DNA of 35,908 bases from Parcubacteria bacterium C7867-001. GTDB lineage: Bacteria; Patescibacteriota; Minisyncoccia; Phycocordibacterales; Phycocordibacteraceae. The notes beneath the pieces were generated by a model. That model did not search any database and was not told the DNA's origin. It saw only the letters and a list, made by a program, of their open reading frames with translations. The DNA lies in contig LFCK01000001.1 in the NCBI GenBank assembly GCA_001189095.1, positions 215,251-251,158 on the forward strand, given 5' to 3'. Below, in pieces: positions 30,226 to 35,908 of this stretch. Positions within the stretch are counted from its first letter, which is position 1. Each line of letters starts with the position of its first letter. Position numbers and translations under genes: made by a program.

Positions 30226-30726
30226 ATGAACGATAAATTAAAAATTGCTGTCTACATCCGAGCCAGCATGGGTCTAGGTGAGAACCGAGGGGCTACTGCT
30301 CTATTCCAAGAACGAGAGATTCGTTCCTATGCTAGAGATAAAGGCTACAAGATTGACGAGCAGCATGTCTATCACGATGCCGTATCCGCAAAGGTACCAG
30401 GACGACCCTCTTTCGAGGAGATGATGAAGGCAGTAGAGGAAGGAAAAATCAACGGCATTCTCACCTACGACCTAAATCGACTTGCTCGTAATCCTGTAGA
30501 TGGAGGGCGCATCATCTGGCGAATACAACAAGGCACTCTCACGGTTATCAGCACTCAAAACGGAGGCACTGTTTACTCGCCAGGCACAGACATGTTGATG
30601 CTCTACCTGCACTTCGGAATGTCGAACCAGTTCTCATTGAACCTTGGCAAAGCTGGACCCAAACCAACTTGTCGCAACTGCCACCACGACTGCTATACGC
30701 GACCAGAAGAGGAAGTACAGCTATAA
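30226..30726 (+). CDS. Serine recombinase catalytic-domain-only paralog
   Basis: YIRAS, SAKVPGRP, NRLARNPVDGG; ends in CRNCHHDC. Confidence 0.85.
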   Translation: MNDKLKIAVYIRASMGLGENRGATALFQEREIRSYARDKGYKIDEQHVYHDAVSAKVPGRPSFEEMMKAVEEGKINGILTYDLNRLARNPVDGGRIIWRIQQGTLTVISTQNGGTVYSPGTDMLMLYLHFGMSNQFSLNLGKAGPKPTCRNCHHDCYTRPEEEVQL

Positions 30727-30809
30727 ACACTACAACGTAGAAATATATGTACTTTTAGAACGCACCTAATACGATAGAAATATCCAAATGTGTCAAGTAC
30801 ATATCCTCC

Positions 30810-30983
30810 ATGATGAAGAAACAAATTACTAGTAAAACAAATCACCTTACCAAGACAGCACAAAAGCTATTCGTTGAACGTCTACTACGGGAATCAGGCT
30901 TTTCTCCTAAGAAAAAGTTCTATGTGAAGGATAGGAGTGGAAAGCTCATCGTGAGATTCACTAAAGAGCCTAACTATGAATAG
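30810..30983 (+). CDS. Small basic 57-aa protein, possibly AbrB/SymE-like; absent from the ORF track
   Basis: LRESGFSPKKKFYVKDRSGKLIVRF; overlaps the next ATG. Confidence 0.55.
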   Translation: MMKKQITSKTNHLTKTAQKLFVERLLRESGFSPKKKFYVKDRSGKLIVRFTKEPNYE

Positions 30984-31191
30984 TGTCGAGGAACTACGAG
31001 ATTACATTGTTGCAGACACAATCAAGCAGATTGAGTCCATGTCGAGGGAGGAGTTAGTACAGATTCTGGTGATTATCACCACAACTCCTCTCGAACAGAT
31101 GGACGCAAACGAACTGCTTGCCTTCCGCAAGGAGTATGTCGGCAGATGGCTTCCTAAAGAACATGAACGAGATAGACACAAGCAAAATTAA
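30976..31191 (+). CDS. Small helical hypothetical protein
   Basis: 71 aa, overlaps neighbours on both sides. Confidence 0.6.
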   Translation: MNSVEELRDYIVADTIKQIESMSREELVQILVIITTTPLEQMDANELLAFRKEYVGRWLPKEHERDRHKQN

Positions 31192-32827
31192 ATATGTAGC
31201 TTATGCTCGCAAGTCTACCGACGACAGCGACAAGCAGATAAACTCCATCCCTGACCAGCTCAAGGAAATTGACCGCATTGGCAGGGGTTTGGTTCGTGCC
31301 GATACGCTAACGGACGAAAGATCAGCAAAGGTGCTTGGTAGACCTGGCTTCGAGCAGATGAAAAATCTCATTGAATCAGGAAAGGCACAGGGAATCATTT
31401 GCTGGAAGATAAACCGATTGGCACGCAATCCCGTAGACGGAGGGTGGATTATTTGGAAGCTTCAGCAAGGAGCCATACGACACCTCAAAACAGACGATGG
31501 AGACTACTATCCTGGTAGCGACATGCTTCTCCTATATCTCCATTTCGGCATGGCCAACCAGTTCAGCCTCAACCTGAGTAAGGACGTTACGAGAGGCATG
31601 TTGAGCAAAGCTGAAAGCGGAAGACGACCAGGCTCTGCTCCTTTGGGATACTTGAACAGCAACAACGGCAATAAGGGAGAGGAGTTTATCTACATAGACC
31701 CTGTTCGGGGTCCCATCATACAAAAGATGATGGAGTGCATGCTCGCTGGTACTCACAACGCTCCTCAGATATTAGAAATTGCTACCGAGGAATGGGGTCT
31801 ACGCACTCGTCCGACCAAGGACCACCCACGCGGTTGCAAACTCACGAAGTCTGCTTGGTACAAAATACTTCAAAACCCTTTCTTCTATGGAAAGTTTCAA
31901 TATCCTATCGGACACAAAGACGCTGAAGGAAAACGTCAGAAGATTTGGGTTGATGGAACTCATGATGCTCTTATTACCTATGAGCAGTTCCGAAAAATTC
32001 AGAAGATTCTAAAGCAACACGCTCCCAAACGAACAAACCAAACTTTTGCCTATATCGGGCTAATGCGCTGTGGAGGTTGCGGAGCACGCATCACCGCAGA
32101 ACGAAAGAATAAGACGCAAAAGAACGGTAATAAACACCAGTACGTCTACTATCGTTGTACCGGCCAAGTAGATAGAGACTGTCAGCAGAAATCAGTCCGT
32201 GAGGACCGATTGGAAGAAGCAATGCAGGAATTTCTGTCTTCAATGGAGATATCTCCTGAATTCCATGCATGGGCAATTGCTGAATTCAAAAAAGATTACC
32301 AAAAGGAAAAGTCCGACAAGAACGTTATTGGAGGGAATCAGCAAACAAGGCATGACGAGATAAAAGGCATGCTTCGCACCCTGCTCGATAGCCATCTCCT
32401 CGGACTCATTAGTGTTGATGACTTCTCAGAAAAGAAAAATACCTTAGAGCAGGAGCTGACAGGACTGAAGCCTTACCTCCCTGGTTCCGACATCGAACTT
32501 CCAGACTGGACTGAGGATGCCAAAAACCTACTCACCTTTGCTGAAAGAGCTAGTAAGGAGTTCAAGGAGGGTGAATTCGAGAAGCGAAGAGCAATCATAG
32601 CTGCCCTTGGAACTGAGCATGTATTAAACCAGGGAGCGCTTACTTTCGAGGTAGAGAAGCCTTTAGAGGTTCTAATAAAGACTCCTAAAGTTCCAGGTGT
32701 TGATTTTGAAATATTAGAACCTCCAAAAAGTGAAGCAGAATATACACAAATTGGCACTTTCGTGCCAAAAAGTGAACGAATGTGGACCGTACAGGATTCG
32801 AACCTGCGACCCTCTCATTGCAAATGA
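31163..32827 (+). CDS. Large serine recombinase (resolvase, recombinase, Zn-ribbon, coiled coil); 3' end runs into antisense tRNA
   Basis: YARKS, NRLARN, APLGY, NPFFYG, CGGCG..YYRC..C; last residues TVQDSNLRPSHCK are tRNA-derived. Confidence 0.93.
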   Translation: MNEIDTSKIKYVAYARKSTDDSDKQINSIPDQLKEIDRIGRGLVRADTLTDERSAKVLGRPGFEQMKNLIESGKAQGIICWKINRLARNPVDGGWIIWKLQQGAIRHLKTDDGDYYPGSDMLLLYLHFGMANQFSLNLSKDVTRGMLSKAESGRRPGSAPLGYLNSNNGNKGEEFIYIDPVRGPIIQKMMECMLAGTHNAPQILEIATEEWGLRTRPTKDHPRGCKLTKSAWYKILQNPFFYGKFQYPIGHKDAEGKRQKIWVDGTHDALITYEQFRKIQKILKQHAPKRTNQTFAYIGLMRCGGCGARITAERKNKTQKNGNKHQYVYYRCTGQVDRDCQQKSVREDRLEEAMQEFLSSMEISPEFHAWAIAEFKKDYQKEKSDKNVIGGNQQTRHDEIKGMLRTLLDSHLLGLISVDDFSEKKNTLEQELTGLKPYLPGSDIELPDWTEDAKNLLTFAERASKEFKEGEFEKRRAIIAALGTEHVLNQGALTFEVEKPLEVLIKTPKVPGVDFEILEPPKSEAEYTQIGTFVPKSERMWTVQDSNLRPSHCK

Positions 32828-32855
32828 GATGCTCTACCAACTGAGCTAACGGCCC
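32783..32855 (-). tRNA. tRNA-Ala(TGC), CCA not encoded
   Basis: GGGCCGTTAGCTCAGTTGGTAGAGC..TTGCAA..GGTTCGAATCC..ACGGTCCA; G3:U70 pair. Confidence 0.97.
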
Positions 32856-33116
32856 GTCCACGAACTTGAGCACTATAGCACAAGTATATTTTTGAAGTAC
32901 AGCCCAGATTTTCCACGTATCGTGCAATAGGAGGGGGGGTAGCGAAGAACATCAACTTGACCGAATCCGACACAATCCACGACTCTTGACGAAAGTTAAT
33001 TTTGTAGTATATAAGAACTAATCCCTTTCTGTATGGATAGGTGGTCTACGTGAGTAGATAACGATGTTTTGTTCCTGCATCCACTCAGGGACTGTTCATT
33101 CAATGAGGAGAGCCGT

Positions 33117-33479
33117 ATGGCTAGCCAAACCGTGCTTATCGTGGGTGGTCCTTCGAGATTTCACCTAATGACGTCCGTGTTCGACATCGACACGTTCCGT
33201 CTCCTGACCTTCAAGTTCGCACTTGAGAACGAGGAAGGGAGAAAAGGGACTGCCGATGTGTGGATTAACGGCGCTACGCAAGGCAACCGGAGCATTGAAG
33301 AGTGGCATTTGGTCGGGTACTTCATGCCGGAAGGCAAAGAAACCGTCATGGCGAACATGGTTCCCATGAAATTCACTTACTCGAGCAAGGACCGTCGCGG
33401 AATCATCTTCAGCGTCAAGAAAGAGACGCTGGTGGGGAATCCTGCGGCCAACGTGCTCGGCCTGATTAAGTGGGAATAA
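33117..33479 (+). CDS. Hypothetical protein
   Basis: GAGGAG SD; TTGACG/TATATA promoter upstream; terminator downstream. Confidence 0.7.
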   Translation: MASQTVLIVGGPSRFHLMTSVFDIDTFRLLTFKFALENEEGRKGTADVWINGATQGNRSIEEWHLVGYFMPEGKETVMANMVPMKFTYSSKDRRGIIFSVKKETLVGNPAANVLGLIKWE

Positions 33480-33500
33480 CCCGCCGCCTAACCTGTGAGG

Positions 33501-33538
33501 ACCGCCTGGCTCCTCAGAGGGTTGGGCGGTTTTCTTTT
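33501..33538 (+). terminator. Intrinsic terminator
   Basis: ACCGCCTGGCTC..GGGTTGGGCGGT-TTTCTTTT. Confidence 0.65.
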
Positions 33539-33605
33539 GGATGTCCTGCAGTTGCTGGATACAGAAAAACATGGATTATGGGCTAGAGACTGAAACGTAG
33601 GAGAG

Positions 33606-34055
33606 ATGCTCTTGAAACCAACTCTAGAAGACGCAGTAGCTCTTGCGTCAGCCCTCCATAAGGGCCAGAAGGACAAAGCGGGAGCAAGCTACATTTTGCA
33701 CCCGCTGCGAGTGATGTTGAATCCGCTCCTCACGACGGACGAAGAGCGTATTGCGGCGGTGCTTCACGATACGGTGGAGGACTGCGACATTACACTCGAG
33801 CAGCTTCGTGAGCGGGGCTATTCCGCGGAAGTGGTTGAAGCTCTTAGCTTCCTAACCAAGCTTCCGGAAGAGGAGGATGACTACGACGCTTTCATCGAGC
33901 GGATACTCGGAGGCCTTCTCATTGCCCGAAAGGTAAAGCTAGCCGACCTTCACGACAACGCAGATCTTTCGAGGTTTGCGCATCCGACCGAAAAGGACGT
34001 GAAGCGGCAAGAAAAATACAAACGAGCAATTGCTCGACTTGAGGGCTCTCTATAA
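33606..34055 (+). CDS. HD-domain protein, RelA/SpoT hydrolase-like (small alarmone hydrolase type)
   Basis: HKGQKDKAG..YILHP, AVLHDTVED, VKLADLHDN. Confidence 0.88.
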   Translation: MLLKPTLEDAVALASALHKGQKDKAGASYILHPLRVMLNPLLTTDEERIAAVLHDTVEDCDITLEQLRERGYSAEVVEALSFLTKLPEEEDDYDAFIERILGGLLIARKVKLADLHDNADLSRFAHPTEKDVKRQEKYKRAIARLEGSL

Positions 34056-34083
34056 AAAACCGGCTGCAGCGCAGCCGGGTTTT
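34056..34083 (+). terminator. Intrinsic terminator
   Basis: CCGGCTGC-agc-GCAGCCGG plus T-run. Confidence 0.75.
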
Positions 34084-34090
34084 GTTTAAA

Positions 34091-34119
34091 TTGACACCCC
34101 CTCTCCCTTCATCTACGCT
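34091..34119 (+). promoter_or_regulatory. Sigma70 promoter
   Basis: TTGACA-17 bp-TACGCT. Confidence 0.7.
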
Positions 34120-34169
34120 CTCTTCCAGAAGGTTCTGGAATCTCCGGAACACCTAGCTGGGAGAAAGTC

Positions 34170-34703
34170 ATGGAATTCGTTGTTCGAAACGTCGAGACGA
34201 AGGAAAACGACCTCGGTTCCTTCAAGCAAAAGGTTTATACCTGCGAGCTCGAAGGCTGGAGAAAACACAAAGTCTCGATGCAGCTCATTATTGAAGGCTG
34301 CGTCGGCCAGCAGATGTACCGGCAGCAATACGACCTTGTTGCGCCTCATTTGCGCGTCGGACGTCTGTTCTCCTGCAATATTCTCTATCGGATGCAGTCC
34401 TATCACCTCGGTATGGTGCTTGTCGGCCTCACGCCGATACGGCCCGTGCGCCTGCGAGGAGCGGAAGTCGTCACGGTTGATCAATACTTCAATCCAAATC
34501 GCGGCTTTTGGGTCGCGACGAGGGAGGACGGTCAATCGATCTCGATTCCCGGCGGCATCACTCTGGGCGGGGAAGCGTATATTCCCATCCGTGGAGATAA
34601 GTCGTTCCCGCACAAGGAATATTCCTACGGTCGCGACGAGGGCTTGGTGTATCACACGGCTCCTACCGGCATCAGGAAGAAGCTCAAAGAAGTTCTTGGA
34701 TAG
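34170..34703 (+). CDS. Hypothetical protein
   Basis: GGGAG SD, own promoter and terminator. Confidence 0.7.
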   Translation: MEFVVRNVETKENDLGSFKQKVYTCELEGWRKHKVSMQLIIEGCVGQQMYRQQYDLVAPHLRVGRLFSCNILYRMQSYHLGMVLVGLTPIRPVRLRGAEVVTVDQYFNPNRGFWVATREDGQSISIPGGITLGGEAYIPIRGDKSFPHKEYSYGRDEGLVYHTAPTGIRKKLKEVLG

Positions 34704-34709
34704 AACGAA

Positions 34710-34736
34710 AAGAGGCGGAACATAGTTCCGCCTCTT
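34710..34736. terminator. Hairpin terminator
   Basis: AAGAGGCGGAAC-ata-GTTCCGCCTCTT. Confidence 0.7.
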
Positions 34737-34766
34737 ACTGTAATGGTGCGATGCTACAATTCGCGA

Positions 34767-35660
34767 GTGATAGGCGGTTTACCCAAATTATCCTTGAATC
34801 GCAACGGTCTGCAAAAGAGTGCCGAGGCGCAAGGTTTCTCGTATATCGATGGTGACACAAACCCCTCGATTTCTTCATCGCTCGAGAGAGGCGGACGCGA
34901 ACTAAAGCGAAGGACGAATCGGACCGCCGGTGAACAGGTTCGACTTATTAGTTCTATATTCGAGGTCCGTTCAAAAAGTAGCAACTCAGATGAAGCGATC
35001 GCTCGCTCCTACGATCAAGAGTATGGAGGAGAAAAACCAAAATACGGATATGTGTCAGCGCTTCTTTCGCCAGAAGGATTTGACCTCATCACGGGAATAC
35101 CCAAAGACAAGATCAATCAGCTGCGTGTGCTCGATGTGGGAGCGGGAAGCAATGAATTCCTTCGATTTTGCAGAGACGAGCTCGCCATTCCGGCAAACCA
35201 GCTCTCGGGCTCGGATGTGAGTGGGGAAAGCACAAAAATAATCGAGAATGACGGATTTTCTGCGCATCAAGGGAGGATTGAAACGCTCGACTTGCCGGAG
35301 CGTTCGTTTGACCTCGTGTATTTGAGCTATTTTATTGATTACGACACCGATCAGGCGGCAACGTTCGGTGCGGCGATTGATCGCGTTCCTTCGGGCGGAA
35401 AAATCGTTCTCGAAGGATGGTTCCCCGTGCGGCCGTTCGGACTTCTTGAAAAAGACCGCAGAGACTACTCCTTTATAACTAAAGGTAAAACAGCGGAAGA
35501 GGATATCCAGCTGGTAAGAGATGCATTCCAGAACATAGGAAAGGAAAAGGGAAGGACGGTATCGCTCGAGAAGGTGGTTAAAACCCATCGATTCGTCCAC
35601 AGCCAGTACGGTTTCTGTAAACTCGATTCGTATTTCTTAACGTTTTCCGTAAACGACTAA
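34767..35660 (+). CDS. Class I SAM-dependent methyltransferase
   Basis: VLDVGAG, GSDVS, SFDLV; GTG start 6 nt after TGCTACAAT. Confidence 0.85.
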   Translation: MIGGLPKLSLNRNGLQKSAEAQGFSYIDGDTNPSISSSLERGGRELKRRTNRTAGEQVRLISSIFEVRSKSSNSDEAIARSYDQEYGGEKPKYGYVSALLSPEGFDLITGIPKDKINQLRVLDVGAGSNEFLRFCRDELAIPANQLSGSDVSGESTKIIENDGFSAHQGRIETLDLPERSFDLVYLSYFIDYDTDQAATFGAAIDRVPSGGKIVLEGWFPVRPFGLLEKDRRDYSFITKGKTAEEDIQLVRDAFQNIGKEKGRTVSLEKVVKTHRFVHSQYGFCKLDSYFLTFSVND

Positions 35661-35663
35661 CCT

Positions 35664-35908
35664 ATGCGTGTTTGGGACGTCTCACCTCGTACTCTGTGCC
35701 GGAAGCATTTGCTCGGCGAGCACCGCGAGCTCCACGGCCTTTGGAATATTCTCACCAAGCACAAAGGCAAGGGCGGCTATTCGCAGCATCCTGAGACCAA
35801 GCGCTGGGTCGGCAGGCTTAAGGCGCTCTATAATCGACACGAAGCGTTGGTAAAGGAAATGGCGCGACGCGGGTACGAGCATCACTCACCGCTCGATAAG
35901 CGCTATGC
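35664..35908 (+). CDS. Pyrimidine-dimer DNA glycosylase (T4 endonuclease V/DenV family), 3' truncated
   Basis: MRVWDVSPRTLCRKHLLGEHRELH..HPETKRW..RHEALVKEMARRGY. Confidence 0.85.
   Translation, partial: MRVWDVSPRTLCRKHLLGEHRELHGLWNILTKHKGKGGYSQHPETKRWVGRLKALYNRHEALVKEMARRGYEHHSPLDKRY

Larger units (their letters stand above)
20124..32786. mobile_element. Composite serine-recombinase genomic island integrated at the tRNA-Ala 3' end
   Basis: TGTGGA core at 20124 and 32781; visibly lower GC; LSR, primase-helicase, defence and metal cargo; no virion or conjugation genes. Confidence 0.85.

Overview
Host-like (~55% GC by eye) chromosome of a probable Patescibacteria/CPR (Parcubacteria-like) bacterium; the taxonomy is inferred from gene style. 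The backbone carries a Pif1-like helicase, a VirB4/TrwB-like ATPase, FKBP, tgt, uvrB/uvrA/uvrC, a two-component pair, ddl and a pterin dehydratase, with small self-contained orphan genes in between. A lower-GC composite island (20124-32786) is integrated at the 3' end of tRNA-Ala(TGC). Its large serine recombinase gene is split by its own att site: as integrated, the ORF ends in antisense tRNA sequence, while two homologous in-frame alternative C-terminal tails sit at the island's left end (20126) and at an internal junction (21879). This implies tandem accretion of a 1.75-kb recombinase-less cassette and a 10.9-kb element. The larger element carries a minimal CBASS (CdnE-like cyclase plus an atypical 3-TM protein), a copper/heavy-metal cluster, a C4/CI-like structured RNA, a primase-helicase and a catalytic-domain-only recombinase paralog. 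Many genes look leaderless, and Tgt, UvrA and UvrC have lost Cys metal-ligand motifs.
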